Positions 20,969 through 32,005 are shown, numbered from the whole stretch's first letter. The stretch is DNA of 59,514 bases, filler included, from 4 parts of 4 records of this genome joined end to end with filler, not necessarily neighbours in it; one strand, 5' to 3'. The notes: a model not told the origin generated them from the letters alone. Program-made: numbers and translations.

Positions 20969-21928
20969 CAGGAACACCCGCTTGCCGGTGCGTTTGAAAT
21001 ACAGCACCTGAATGATCACGCTCAGCGCTTCGACCACAAACAAACCGCCCACAATCGCCAGCACCAGCTCGTGCTTGGTCGCCACCGCTATCGCACCCAA
21101 TGCGCCGCCAAGGGCCAGTGATCCGGTATCGCCCATAAAGACTGCCGCAGGCGGGGCGTTGTACCAAAGAAAGCCCAGACCGCCGCCAAAAATGCCAGCA
21201 GTGAAAATCAGGATTTCCCCGGTGCCCGGCACGTAATGCACATCCAGATATTCGGTGAAATCAACGCGGCCCACCGCATAGGCAATGATGCCAAGGGTGC
21301 CTGCGGCAATCATAACCGGCATGATTGCCAGCCCGTCCAGACCATCGGTGAGGTTCACCGCATTGGCCGCACCCACAATCACGATGATCGCAAAGGGGAT
21401 GAACAGCACCGACAGATTGATCAGCGTGTCTTTGAACACGGGCAGCGCCAGTTTGTATTGCAGCGCCTCAGGGTGGTATTGCGCCGCCCAATAGCCCGCA
21501 ATGCCTGAGATAATCAGCCCCAGCAAAAGCCGCAGCTTGCCCGAGACACCGGCGGTGTTTTGTTTGCTGACCTTGGCATAATCATCGGCAAAGCCAATCG
21601 CGGCAAAGCTCATGGTAACAAACAGCACCAGCCAGACAAACGGATTGTCGAGCCGCGCCCAAAGCAGGGTCGATGTCAAAAGCGCCCCAACGATCAGCAG
21701 CCCGCCCATCGTCGGCGTGCCTGCCTTGACGAAATGCCCCTCGGGGCCGTCATCGCGGATCGGTTGGCCCTTGCCCTGCTTGCGGCGCAACACGGCGATC
21801 AAAGGCTTGCCAAACAGGAACCCAAAGATCAACGCCGTCAGGAACGCGCCGCCCGCCCGGAAGGTGATATAGCGAAACAGGTTAAAAAAGTCGCCACCAT
21901 CCGACAGCAGGGTCAACCAATAGAGCAT
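20969..21928 (-). CDS. mraY: Phospho-N-acetylmuramoyl-pentapeptide transferase (3'-truncated)
   Basis: [39 protein letters not shown]. Confidence 0.98.
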
Positions 21929-21973
21929 AAAATGCGTCCTTACTCATGATCCAAGGGCCGCGCGTGGCCCTGT

Positions 21974-23401
21974 TCAACTCTGGCCGTTGCGATGGCCCAT
22001 TTTGCGTATGGCGTCAACAACAGCGCCCAGTTTCATCGAAAGTGATCCCTTGGCGAGCACCACGTCACCGGCATGCAACCGTCCCGTGATCGCGTTCAGC
22101 ATCTCGGCGGAGGTCTCGGTCCAGTCGCCGCGCCGGTGTTCGGGCAACAGATTATAGAGCGATTTCATCAGCGGCCCGATGCAATGCACCACATCGACCT
22201 TTTCCATCGCTTCCAGATGTGCAAGCCCCGCATGCAGCGCGATCTCGTCGCTGCCCAGCTCTTTCATATCACCTAAAATGGCAATGCGCCGCCCTGCCCG
22301 GTTGTGAACCGCTTTTTGCCCAACGGCAGAGGCGGCCAGCACCTCAAGCGAGGCCGCCATCGACGTCGGATTGGCATTGTAGCTGTCGTCGATCAGATCC
22401 AGCGTCAGGTGGTTTTCCACCGGATCAAGCTGCACCGTCTCGCGCACGCCCCGCCCTTTGTAAGGGGACCAGCGGCCCAGTGACTGCGCCGCCAGCGCCA
22501 GATCGGCCCCCATCGCCTCCGCCACGGCCAATGCGCCCAGCCCGTTCATGGCAAAATGCCGGCCCGGTGTTGCGATTTTGAACAACAGCGGCGTTCCATT
22601 CGCTTCGGCTTGCACCACGGTAGTATCAGACTGCACCTGCACGTCGTTCAATTTGAAATGCATCGCATGGGTGCCAAATTCCACATCGCGCAATTTGCAG
22701 TCCACCGCCTTGGCCATGAGGATCGCCGCATGTTCGATATCGGTGTTGATGACGGCCACGCCGCCCGGCGCCAATCCTTCGAACACCGATGCCTTTTCGA
22801 CGGCAATATCGGCGACATCGTTGAACGCCTCCAAATGCGCGGCGGCAACAGTTGTGACCATGGCCACGTCCGGCCTGGTCAATTTGGCCAGCGGCGCAAT
22901 CTCGCCGGGGTGGTTCATGCCGATCTCGATGATCGCAAATTCTGTGTCCTGCGGCATCCGCGCCAAGGTCAGCGGCACACCCCAATGGTTGTTGTAACTG
23001 GCAACAGAGGCATGGGTCCGCCCCTGATCCCCCAGCATCGAAAGCAACATTTCCTTGGTCGAGGTTTTGCCAACGCTGCCGGTGATTGCGGCCACCTTGG
23101 CCCCGGTCCGCGCCCGCGCTGCCGCGCCAAGCTGTTCCAGACCTCTCAGTACGTCCTCAACAATCAGCAAAGGCGCATCCTTTGCGACACCTTCCGGCAC
23201 ATGGCTGACAAGGGCTGCGCCTGCGCCTTTTGCCAAGGCCTGCGCCACAAAGTCATGACCGTCACGCACATCCTTGAGAGCGACAAACAAATCACCCGCT
23301 TCAAGCGTGCGGGTGTCGATGGACACGCCTGTGCAGGCCCAATTGCCCTGCGCGGTTCCGCCCGTTGCCGCCGCAGCCTCTGCGCTGGTCCAAAGTGTCA
23401 T
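21974..23401 (-). CDS. murF: UDP-N-acetylmuramoyl-tripeptide--D-Ala-D-Ala ligase
   Basis: ITGSVGKTSTKE, SYNNHWGVPLTL, DDSYNANPTS, LGDMKELG; position in dcw cluster. Confidence 0.97.
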   Translation of the reverse strand: MTLWTSAEAAAATGGTAQGNWACTGVSIDTRTLEAGDLFVALKDVRDGHDFVAQALAKGAGAALVSHVPEGVAKDAPLLIVEDVLRGLEQLGAAARARTGAKVAAITGSVGKTSTKEMLLSMLGDQGRTHASVASYNNHWGVPLTLARMPQDTEFAIIEIGMNHPGEIAPLAKLTRPDVAMVTTVAAAHLEAFNDVADIAVEKASVFEGLAPGGVAVINTDIEHAAILMAKAVDCKLRDVEFGTHAMHFKLNDVQVQSDTTVVQAEANGTPLLFKIATPGRHFAMNGLGALAVAEAMGADLALAAQSLGRWSPYKGRGVRETVQLDPVENHLTLDLIDDSYNANPTSMAASLEVLAASAVGQKAVHNRAGRRIAILGDMKELGSDEIALHAGLAHLEAMEKVDVVHCIGPLMKSLYNLLPEHRRGDWTETSAEMLNAITGRLHAGDVVLAKGSLSMKLGAVVDAIRKMGHRNGQS

Positions 23402-24879
23402 GCCAGTCTCCCGTCCAGCGCGGCCACCGCAACGCTGGCCTGTTCCACATCATCAAAAGGCAGGATGTCATCGCCAACCACCTGCCCGGTCTCATGGCCC
23501 TTGCCCGCAATCAGCAAAGCGTCCCCCGGCCCCAACATATCGACCCCGCGCAGGATCGCCTCGGCGCGGTCGCCCACTTCGGTGGCCCCCGGCGCGCCTT
23601 GCAAAACCGCTGCGCGAATGCTCGCCGGATCTTCGGAGCGCGGATTGTCATCGGTCACAATCACCAGATCGGCATTCTGCGCCGCCGCTTCGCCCATCAA
23701 TGGGCGCTTGCCCGCATCCCGATCGCCGCCGGCACCAACAATGGCAATCAACCGCCCCATCACATGCGGCCGCATCGCCGCCAGCGCGGTCGCCACCGCA
23801 TCAGGCGTATGGGCATAATCGACAAACACCGCCGCGCCATTGTCGCGGGTCGCGGCAAGCTGCATCCGGCCACGCACCGTTGTCAGATGCGGGATCGTGT
23901 CGAACACATCCGCCGGATCACCACCGCAGGCGATGACCAGCCCCGCCGCCAGCAGCACGTTGTCGCCCTGAAAGCCGCCAATCAGGTTCAGCCGTCTTTG
24001 AAAGGTCTTGCCGCGCCAATCAAACCGCAGATCTTGACCCGTGGCATCAAACCTTTGTGCCGTCAGATGCAGATCACCGCCATCGCGGCCCACAGTGATC
24101 ACCTCGCACCCCCGCGCCTTGGCAATTGCGGCCATGTCCACGCCCTTGGGATCGTCAATGTTGATCACCGCCGTGCCATCCTCGGGCAGAACCCGCGAAA
24201 ACAGCCCGGCCTTGGCGTCAAAATAGGCCTCAAAGGTTTCGTGATAGTCCAGATGATCCTGGGTGAAATTGGTAAACCCAGCCGCCCGCAGGGTCACACC
24301 ATCAAGCCGCCGCTGATCCAACCCATGTGACGAGGCCTCCATCGCGGCGTGGGTGATCCCGTTCTGCGCCGCCTCAGCCAGCGTGCGATGCAGGGTGATC
24401 GGCTCTGGCGTGGTATGGGCCAATGGTGCCGCCCATGCGCCTTCAACGCCGGTGGTGCCCAGATTGACCGCTGGCAGATCCATCTCGATCCAGATTTGCC
24501 GCACGAATGTCGAGACCGAGGTTTTGCCATTGGTGCCCGTAATCGCAACCATCGTCTGCGGTTGCGCGCCCGACCACAAAGCGGCCGCCCGTGACAAGGC
24601 CTCTCGCGGGGCATCGGTGATCACAACAGCCGTGCCCGCATCCGCCATGAGATCTGCGGCAATCTCGGCGCCTTCGGCATCGGTCAGAACGGCCACAGCG
24701 CCCATGCGCAGGGCATATTGGACAAACTCGGCACCATGCACCCGGCTGCCGGGCATGGCGGCAAACAAAAAGCCGTCTTTCACCGCGCGGCTGTCCACAG
24801 CAAGGCCCGTGATGTCAGGATTGGCCCCACCCCGCGCCGTCAGACCAAGGGAGGAAAGGGAAACGCACGGGCTGGCCAT
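23398..24879 (-). CDS. murE: UDP-N-acetylmuramoyl-L-Ala-D-Glu--2,6-diaminopimelate ligase
   Basis: TGTNGKTS, MEASSHGL, VDYAHTPD, DNPR (mDAP specificity), AGKGHE. Confidence 0.98.
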   Translation of the reverse strand: MASPCVSLSSLGLTARGGANPDITGLAVDSRAVKDGFLFAAMPGSRVHGAEFVQYALRMGAVAVLTDAEGAEIAADLMADAGTAVVITDAPREALSRAAALWSGAQPQTMVAITGTNGKTSVSTFVRQIWIEMDLPAVNLGTTGVEGAWAAPLAHTTPEPITLHRTLAEAAQNGITHAAMEASSHGLDQRRLDGVTLRAAGFTNFTQDHLDYHETFEAYFDAKAGLFSRVLPEDGTAVINIDDPKGVDMAAIAKARGCEVITVGRDGGDLHLTAQRFDATGQDLRFDWRGKTFQRRLNLIGGFQGDNVLLAAGLVIACGGDPADVFDTIPHLTTVRGRMQLAATRDNGAAVFVDYAHTPDAVATALAAMRPHVMGRLIAIVGAGGDRDAGKRPLMGEAAAQNADLVIVTDDNPRSEDPASIRAAVLQGAPGATEVGDRAEAILRGVDMLGPGDALLIAGKGHETGQVVGDDILPFDDVEQASVAVAALDGRLA

Positions 24880-24893
24880 AGGAATGTCTTTTG

Positions 24894-26681
24894 TCAGTTG
24901 CTGCTGGTCAGCGTTAGCACAGCGTTGTTTGCAGGTTCAACAGTTGGTCGCACCCCCAAAAGCGGCGCGACGCGCCGGATCATTTCCGCCGCCACCGGAA
25001 CCGCCGTCCAACCGGCAGTGCGGCGCGGCTTGTCGCCCGAGCTTTCGACAGGTTCGTCCAGCGTTACGATCAACACATATTTGGGATCATGCGCGGGAAA
25101 GATCGAGGCAAAGGTGGCGATCACCTTGTCCTCATAATAGCCGCCCGTGGGCTTGGGTTTGTCCGCTGTGCCGGTCTTGCCGCCCACGTGATAGCCCGGC
25201 ACCTCACCAAAGCTGGCGGTGCCCTTGCTGACCACTTTGCGCAGCATCATCCGCGCCGATTTGGCGGCGGTGGAGGACATCACCCGTTCGCCCATCTTGG
25301 TCCGGGGTTGTTTAATCAGGGTCGGCTCCACCTTGAAACCGCCATTGGCAATGGCGGCATAACCCGCCGCCAAATGCATCGGGCTGGTGGAAATGCCATG
25401 CCCGTAAGAGATCGTCACGCTGGACAGATCCGTCCATTTCTTTGGCAACAAGGGCTTGCCCCCTGCGGCCTCGACAATCTCAAAACCTGTCGGTTCAAAG
25501 AACCCAAGGCTTTTGAGGAATTCTTTTTGACGTTTGACGCCAATGTCCAGCGCCATCCGGCCGGTGCCCCGGTTCGAGGATTTGACGATGATGTCTGTGA
25601 CAGACAGTTTGCCATAGTTCTTGTTGCGGAACTCGCCAATGCGAAAACCGCCAACTTTCATCGGGCCTTTGGTGTCGATCACGGTGTCCGGGTTCACCAG
25701 GCCCAGATCAACAGCCTGCGCAGCGGCAAAGATCTTGAAGGTCGAGCCAAGCTCGTAAACCCCCTGCACAGACCGGTTGAACAACGGGCTGTCAGAGGCA
25801 TCGCCCTCAACAGCAGGGCGCGGGCGGTCGTTGGGATCAAAGCTTGGCAAAGAGGCCACGCTGATCACTTCGCCGGTTTTCACATCCATCAACACCGATG
25901 TCGCGCCTTTGGCATTCATCAGCTTCATACCGCCAAACAGCACCTGTTCGGCTGCGGCCTGCACCGTCAGGTCCAGCGACAGTTGCAACGGTTTGTTGCC
26001 GTTGGCCGGATCGCGCAGGTATTTATCAAAGTATTTTTCAACACCCGCAACGCCGATCACCTCGGCGGCATGCACGCCCTCTTTGCCATAGCTGGCACCG
26101 CCCATCACATGCGCGGCCAGTTTGCCATTTGGGTAAAGCCGCATGTCGCGCGGCGCAAACAGCAGGCCGGGATCACCGATATCATGCACGGCCTGCATCT
26201 GCTCCGGGCTGATTTTCTTTTTGATCCACAAGAACTTACGCTTGCCGGAGAAGTCTTTCTTCAGCCGCGCAAGATCCAGATCGGGGAAAACCTTGACCAG
26301 ACCTTCGGCGGCGGCATTGGGATCCACCATATGCCGCGGCTGGGCATAAAGCGCATGGGTGTCAAAGTTTGTTGCCAACAGGCTGCCGTTACGGTCCACA
26401 ATATCGGCGCGGCTGGCCGAAATGACGGCGCCCGGCGCATGGGTGCGCGGCTCAACCGGTTCGGACATCGCCAAAAGGCCCATACGCCCGCCAACAACAG
26501 AAAACGCGCAAAAGAAACACACGCCCATGATCAACAAACGCCCCTCGGCGCGTTGGCGCGACTGATCGCGCATCTGCTCATGGCGGATACGCTTGTTCTC
26601 GCGTTCAATCGCATCGGGGTTCTCGCCCTTCAGGCGGGCATCCAGAATACGGGCAAGCGGGCGGAGCGGCGTGCGGATCAT
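24894..26681 (-). CDS. ftsI: Cell-division transpeptidase PBP3
   Basis: GSTFK (SxxK), KSSN (SxN), GKTGT (KTG); between ftsL and murE. Confidence 0.96.
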   Translation of the reverse strand: MIRTPLRPLARILDARLKGENPDAIERENKRIRHEQMRDQSRQRAEGRLLIMGVCFFCAFSVVGGRMGLLAMSEPVEPRTHAPGAVISASRADIVDRNGSLLATNFDTHALYAQPRHMVDPNAAAEGLVKVFPDLDLARLKKDFSGKRKFLWIKKKISPEQMQAVHDIGDPGLLFAPRDMRLYPNGKLAAHVMGGASYGKEGVHAAEVIGVAGVEKYFDKYLRDPANGNKPLQLSLDLTVQAAAEQVLFGGMKLMNAKGATSVLMDVKTGEVISVASLPSFDPNDRPRPAVEGDASDSPLFNRSVQGVYELGSTFKIFAAAQAVDLGLVNPDTVIDTKGPMKVGGFRIGEFRNKNYGKLSVTDIIVKSSNRGTGRMALDIGVKRQKEFLKSLGFFEPTGFEIVEAAGGKPLLPKKWTDLSSVTISYGHGISTSPMHLAAGYAAIANGGFKVEPTLIKQPRTKMGERVMSSTAAKSARMMLRKVVSKGTASFGEVPGYHVGGKTGTADKPKPTGGYYEDKVIATFASIFPAHDPKYVLIVTLDEPVESSGDKPRRTAGWTAVPVAAEMIRRVAPLLGVRPTVEPANNAVLTLTSSN

Positions 26682-27043
26682 AGCGGATCATCCTGAGAAG
26701 AAGTGCCGGAGTTCATGGTGGAGACATCCACCGGATTGGTGATCGGCAACAGCGGCGCAGGCGGATAGGCCACCTGATCCACCAGACCGAACTGATCAGG
26801 CTGCAGGGGCAGCAGGCCTAGCCGGTCAAAGTTGATCACCGACAGATCGCGCAACCGGTCCGGACGGTTCTGATAGGCCCATTCGGCCCGCAACACCGCC
26901 AGCCTTGCATGGGCCTGCCGGATGCTGGCGTGCAGCTTGTCTGCCTCGCTCAGCGCCGATTGGGTCGCATAATTCTCGCGGTAGGCCCAGAAGGCCAGAC
27001 CGATCACCGCCAAAGACGTCAGGATGTATAACACCGCTCGCAT
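26678..27043 (-). CDS. ftsL: Cell division protein FtsL
   Basis: Single N-terminal TM plus coiled coil, LRAEWAYQNRPDRL; position between rsmH and ftsI. Confidence 0.9.
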   Translation of the reverse strand: MRAVLYILTSLAVIGLAFWAYRENYATQSALSEADKLHASIRQAHARLAVLRAEWAYQNRPDRLRDLSVINFDRLGLLPLQPDQFGLVDQVAYPPAPLLPITNPVDVSTMNSGTSSQDDPL

Positions 27044-27045
27044 GA

Positions 27046-27573
27046 TCAGAGCCCCTTTACCATCGGCATCCCGATGGATTTTGCATCAACGCCGCCCGAG
27101 GGCGCGTCTGTGCGTGTCGCCACCCGCAGCTTGGCCGAACGGCTGCGCGGGTTGTCTGCCAATTCTTCGGCATCCGGTCCAATCGCCTTGCGCGATTTCA
27201 CGGTGAACTGCGGCGCATCGCGCTGCATCTCGGGGGCATAGCGGTTCGCATTGCCGCCCCCGCCTGACCGCGCGGTCAGGAACCGTTTGACCATTCTGTC
27301 TTCTACAGAATGAAAGGTAACAACGGCCAATTGCCCGCCGGGCTTCAGCGCCCGCTCGGCGGCCATAAGACCTTGGAACAATTCGCCATATTCATCGTTC
27401 ACCGCAATCCGAAGCGCCTGGAAACTGCGGGTGGCCGCATGGGACTGCCCCGGCTTGCTGCGCGGCAGAACCCCTTCGATCAGCGAGGCCAGCTCCAGCG
27501 TGGTGGTGATCGGCGCTTCGGCACGCGCACGGCCAATGGCCTTGGCAATGCGGCGGCTGGCGCGTTCTTCGCC
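27046..27573 (-). CDS. rsmH: 16S rRNA m4C1402 methyltransferase (5'-truncated)
   Basis: [38 protein letters not shown]. Confidence 0.96.
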   Translation of the reverse strand, partial: GEERASRRIAKAIGRARAEAPITTTLELASLIEGVLPRSKPGQSHAATRSFQALRIAVNDEYGELFQGLMAAERALKPGGQLAVVTFHSVEDRMVKRFLTARSGGGGNANRYAPEMQRDAPQFTVKSRKAIGPDAEELADNPRSRSAKLRVATRTDAPSGGVDAKSIGMPMVKGL

Positions 27574-27673
27574 NNNNNNNNNNNNNNNNNNNNNNNNNNN
27601 NNNNNNNNNNNNNNNNNTTAATTAATTAANNNNNNNNNNNNNNNNNNNNNNNNNNNNNNNNNNNNNNNNNNNN
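27574..27673. other. Artificial contig spacer
   Basis: N-run, TTAATTAATTAA, N-run. Confidence 0.99.
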
Positions 27674-30491
27674 GCAAGCAGGTGTGCTTGCCGACAACGG
27701 CGGCAGCGTAGAAACCATCGCGCTCAGGGTTGCACCAAACAACCCGGCGCTTGATGCGGGTGCGCCGGTGGACGGCGTGACCACAGATGCCCGCGGCAAT
27801 GCGCGCGGCATTGACCTTGAGAATATCGGCAGCAACACCGATACTGTCGATTTGGGCGCATTTGAAGTACAAACTGAAGAGGGCGTTGCAGAAGACGGCT
27901 TTATCGCGGGTGCGCTTGTGTTTGCGGACGCAGACGGTGACGGCGTTTATGACAGTGGCAGCGAAGTGGCAACCACCACTGACGCCGCCGGTAACTTCAC
28001 GCTGGCGTCTGGTGCAACTGGGCAGATTATCCTGCAGGGGGGGATTAACCCGCTGACGAACGGGCAGGCGCGTGATATCACCACCGGCCTTGATTTCAAT
28101 GGCACGCTTTCGGCCCCTGCGGGCTCAACAGTTGTCACACCGCTGACCACGCTTATTAACCAAATCGCGGGATCTGGTGCAAGCCAGGCGGATATCGATG
28201 CGGCGGAAACGGCGGTCGGAAACGCCTTTGGTATTTCATCGAGCGTGGACCTGACAAGCTTCAGCCCGCTCACCACTGCGATCACCGCAACGGGGGCAGA
28301 AGCTGAAACTGCCGCCCAAGTGTTTGCGGCGGGCAGTCAGGTGTTGAGCACCGTCGTGCTGGTGGGTTCGGCGGTTGAAGGTGCTTCTGGCAACAGCAAT
28401 GCGCAGGATGAAGCAATTGCAGCGCTGGCCGACACCATCTCAAACGCCGGTGGTGGTGCCGTTGACCTGACGGACACCACAACGGTGACGAATGTGTTGA
28501 CAGCTGCAGCCACAGCCAATGGCACCACGGTTGACGCGGGTGTGGCATCGACAACGGTGAGCATTGCAACCGGCACCAATAGTGCCGCGCAAACGGCTGT
28601 AGGTGGCGGTGGTTCTGTGGTTGCGCGCCTGACCGAAGTGACCCAGTCTGCGATTGTGGCGCAGGGCGACGCGGCCACCACGGTTGAAAGTGCGGCGGGC
28701 GGTGATGCAACAGCGGCCAGCGATGCTCAGACTAATTTTGTTACCAACCTGAATACCGCAATTACCAATGCGGCTTCCAGCGTGGGCACGGTTGAGCCTG
28801 ACCTGAACCTGACCGGCACAGCAGGCGCCGAAACTCTGTCTGGTGCGGGCGGTGATGATACGCTTAAAGGCCTTGCAGGCACCGACACGCTGACGGGCGG
28901 CGGCGGCGACGACCGGTTTATCATTGCAGACAATAGCTCTGACATTATCACTGACTTTGACGGTGCGAACGGCGACCGGATTGACCTGACGGCAACCGAC
29001 ACCTTCAGCCTGCAGGCGGCACAGTCTGGTGCGGATACGGTGGTCACACTCGGCAACGGTGAAAGCCTGCGTTTGCAGAATTTCACGGCGACCGACCTGC
29101 AAAGCAGCTTCTTCACGTTTGACACCAACGCGGCACCAACAGCCAGCGGCGCGACGATCAATCAAACCGGTACGGGCGCGATCACCCTAACGCTTGCGAA
29201 CATTGGTTTTGCGGATAGCGACAGTGACAGCCTGAGCAGCGTGACCATCACCAACATTTCAGGTATCACGAGCGGCACGCTTGCGCTTAATGGCACCGCA
29301 GTGACCGCAGGGCAGCAAATCAGCCCAAGCGACATTTCGGGCGGCAATTTGGTGTTTACACCGAGCGCGACCGGCAACTTCTCGTTCAACTTTACGGTCA
29401 GCGACGGGTTTGTAAGCTCGGCTGCGGCGACAGTGAATTTCACACTGAGTGCGCCTGTTGTTTCCACGCCCTCAACACCGTCTACACCTACGCCTGTTGT
29501 TATTCAGGGCAATGATGACGACACTGTGCCGGGCACGCTTTCGGGCGGATCAACGAACGACCGGCTGCGCGGTGGGGGTGGTGATGACACACTCAGTGGC
29601 GGCAGTGGTGGTGATACTCTGGTTGGTGGTGCCGGTAGTGACTTTGTCAGCGCCGGCACGGGTAACGACTTTATCTTTGCTGGCGCCAATGATGATGGCG
29701 ATGACACCGTTCAGGGTAATAGCGGAAATGACGTGATCGGTGGTGGTGCCGGTGATGATATTATCGTTGGTGGTAGCTTTGGTACCACTACATCAAACAC
29801 CAACGCTGGCAACTCTGGCGACGACACGCTCTTTGGTGGTGCTGGCAACGACCTCCTTATTGGTGGCTCGTACAATTCTGCAACCAGTACTGTGGTGAAT
29901 ACCGGCCAAGGCAACAACACCATTTGGGCCGGCACCGGGAATGATACCGTATTTGGCGACGATGTAGATGATGCCGTAGGTGGCGGAGAAGGCAATGACA
30001 GACTGAACGCAGGCGGTGGAAATGACCAACTGTTCGGCGGGCGCGGCGATGGCCAAGACACACTGGAAGCAGGAGCGGGTAACGATGCAGGCTTTGCCGG
30101 CGGCGGGAACGACAGCCTTGATGGGGGCGACGGAGACGATACGCTGTTTGGAGGGGCAGGCGATGACACCGTTTCCGGCGGAGCTGGCGCTGATGAAATC
30201 TGGGCTGGCGGTGGCAACGATGATCTTTCCGGCGGTGCGGGAGCCGATACCTTCATATTTGGCCAAAACAGCGGCAATGACACCGTGAGCGATTTTGACG
30301 CCAGTGAGGATGTGCTGAACCTAGAGTTTGCCACCACAGATTTCACTAGCCTTGCGGAGGTGACTGCTGCGGCCAGTGAAACCACTCAAGACGGGCAAGC
30401 AGGCGTGCTCATCGATCTGGGAGGGAGCCAATCTGTCTTCATTCAGGGCATCAACCTCAGTGACCTGACAACCACAAATGTGAGCTTCTAA
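27674..30491 (+). CDS. Large RTX-type Ca2+-binding secreted/surface protein (5'-truncated)
   Basis: Many GGxGxD nonapeptides (about 28830-28920 and 29540-30260); LADNGG...PALDAG...DARG...VDLGAFE (choice-of-anchor-Q-like); cadherin-like segment ending FNFTVSDG; almost no Lys or Cys. Confidence 0.88.
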
Positions 30492-30668
30492 AGACAAATT
30501 CAACCAAACAGAGTTTTGGATGCCTGGGGGCAAGAAACCAAAAGATGGCGTTCGATTTCTCTGCACATTGAAAGAAATTCCCTGTTGTTTTTCGGTAACG
30601 TGAAGTCATAGAGTCTTTAATCTCTTAGGGTTTTGGGGTTGGTAATATAAATCTGCTCCCCTAAGCGT

Positions 30669-30745
30669 TAAATTTCCCTGTATTTTGCCTGTTTACTAGG
30701 GAAATTTAGCAGAGACTAGTTCGCAGTAGACTATGTGCACTGCCA
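30669..30745 (+). mobile_element. Putative integration-site scar: 11-bp inverted repeat plus degenerate tRNA-3'-end-like sequence
   Basis: TAAATTTCCCT (30669-79) / AGGGAAATTTA (30698-708), then GAGACTAGTTCGCAGTAGACTATGTGCACTGCCA; base composition shifts to AT-richer around here. Confidence 0.45.
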
Positions 30746-31016
30746 TTCACCTTACCAATTTTTATGAAATGACTTTTGTGCCGTCATAAACCAGCAATTT
30801 GGCGAGAAATTTTCTCTGCGCCATTGGTATAGAGATGCTTCTACAGCATCAATTTTCGCTCGGATCTCCGTGAATGTGATGCTTTATTTAGGCTAGTTCG
30901 CTTTCGCCTGAAAGTGTGCACCGCTACTTCCTTATTGCGGGCTGAAAATTCGAGCTTACAATTTGTCGTTAAATAAGGCTTAATATTAAGCCTTCTGTTC
31001 AGCACTGGAGTACGAA

Positions 31017-31919
31017 ATGAAAATTCGGCATCTTCTTCTTGCGGCACTGACATGCGCTGCCTCCCCCTTTATACCACTGGCTGGGAGTGCGGACGATTTT
31101 TTGTTCGCTGATACTCCGAGGAGCGAGCAAGGAGGAACGCTCAATCCCGCGCAAGCAGTTGCTAGCAGGCCAAGTCTTATAGAACTTTGGAAGTCTGGCC
31201 AGCCAGCATTTGGTGAATATGCAACCCCAAGGCGTAAACAAGGGGAAAAAAACTCTCAAGAGCCACCTTTATTCACAGCCCAGATGGGTCGTGATCTCGC
31301 AGCCAACCCACTTTTGGACTATGTCTTTCTAAACCTTGAACAATATTATAATGCAAACTCAGTGCGCGGCGCCGTAGACGGTTTGCGTAACAATGAAGTT
31401 AACACCACTAAGGCGCTCTTGGTTCGCATTCCTCCCATCTACCAGGACGGCGTAGAGGTTTCCCGCGCGCGGGCCAAAGAAGCCCTTGCCCTGGGAGCTA
31501 ACGGTGTAGTGTTACCGCATATTCGCACTGCCGAAGAGGCTCGTACAGCCGTATCGTTTTTTGATGATTACAACGTTTGGTCTCCCGCAAATCCGGACGG
31601 CGAGATCGTGGTGATGCTACTGGTTGAAGACCCAAATGTATTCGCTGAGCTTGAAGAAATAGCTAATATTCCGGGATACAGTTCGTTAGCATGTGGCATC
31701 GGTAGCCTCACTCAAGCGTTGGGCGGTGACAGAGAGGCTGCTGAAATACTCAATCAGCAGGTTCTGGCAACGAGTAAGCGTGTGGGATTGGTTGACCTCA
31801 TCACCGCAACCGAAGAAACGATGGCGCTGCGTGTAAAGCAGGGATTTCTTGGGCTATTACCGATTGGCCCTAATAAGAATTCCAGTATTCGACTGGGCAG
31901 AGCTGCGGCTGATCAATAG
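31017..31919 (+). CDS. HpcH/HpaI aldolase/citrate-lyase-fold protein with signal peptide
   Basis: LLVRIPP, GANGVVLPHIRTAEEA, MLLVED, IANIPG; N-terminus MKIRHLLLAALTCAAS; GGAG RBS. Confidence 0.75.
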   Translation: MKIRHLLLAALTCAASPFIPLAGSADDFLFADTPRSEQGGTLNPAQAVASRPSLIELWKSGQPAFGEYATPRRKQGEKNSQEPPLFTAQMGRDLAANPLLDYVFLNLEQYYNANSVRGAVDGLRNNEVNTTKALLVRIPPIYQDGVEVSRARAKEALALGANGVVLPHIRTAEEARTAVSFFDDYNVWSPANPDGEIVVMLLVEDPNVFAELEEIANIPGYSSLACGIGSLTQALGGDREAAEILNQQVLATSKRVGLVDLITATEETMALRVKQGFLGLLPIGPNKNSSIRLGRAAADQ

Positions 31920-31948
31920 TTTTCATGTTTTGGCCAACGAAACTTACG

Positions 31949-31977
31949 CCCGGCCCTTCGCCGGGTAGCATTTTTTT
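31949..31977 (+). terminator. Possible intrinsic terminator/attenuating hairpin
   Basis: CCCGGC-N5-GCCGGG followed shortly by a T7 run. Confidence 0.4.
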
Positions 31978-32005
31978 AATTAGTAAATGACTGTCAGGAA
32001 CTAAA

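Noticed and set aside
22556-26696. Long plus-strand ORFs (420, 321, 292 and 535 aa)
   Set aside because: Antisense shadows of murF/murE/ftsI in GC-rich DNA, with no recognisable motifs.
20969-27573. Apparent linkage of the dcw cluster to the PKS locus and the RTX gene
   Set aside because: Separated by contig spacers; the dcw order itself is canonical.
29540-30260. Periodic repeats that could suggest a CRISPR array or tandem repeat
   Set aside because: They encode GGxGxD RTX nonapeptides; no constant repeat-spacer pattern and no cas genes in the window.
30700-30745. Possible tRNA gene
   Set aside because: Only a decayed 3'-end resemblance; no D-arm, anticodon arm or paired acceptor stem.
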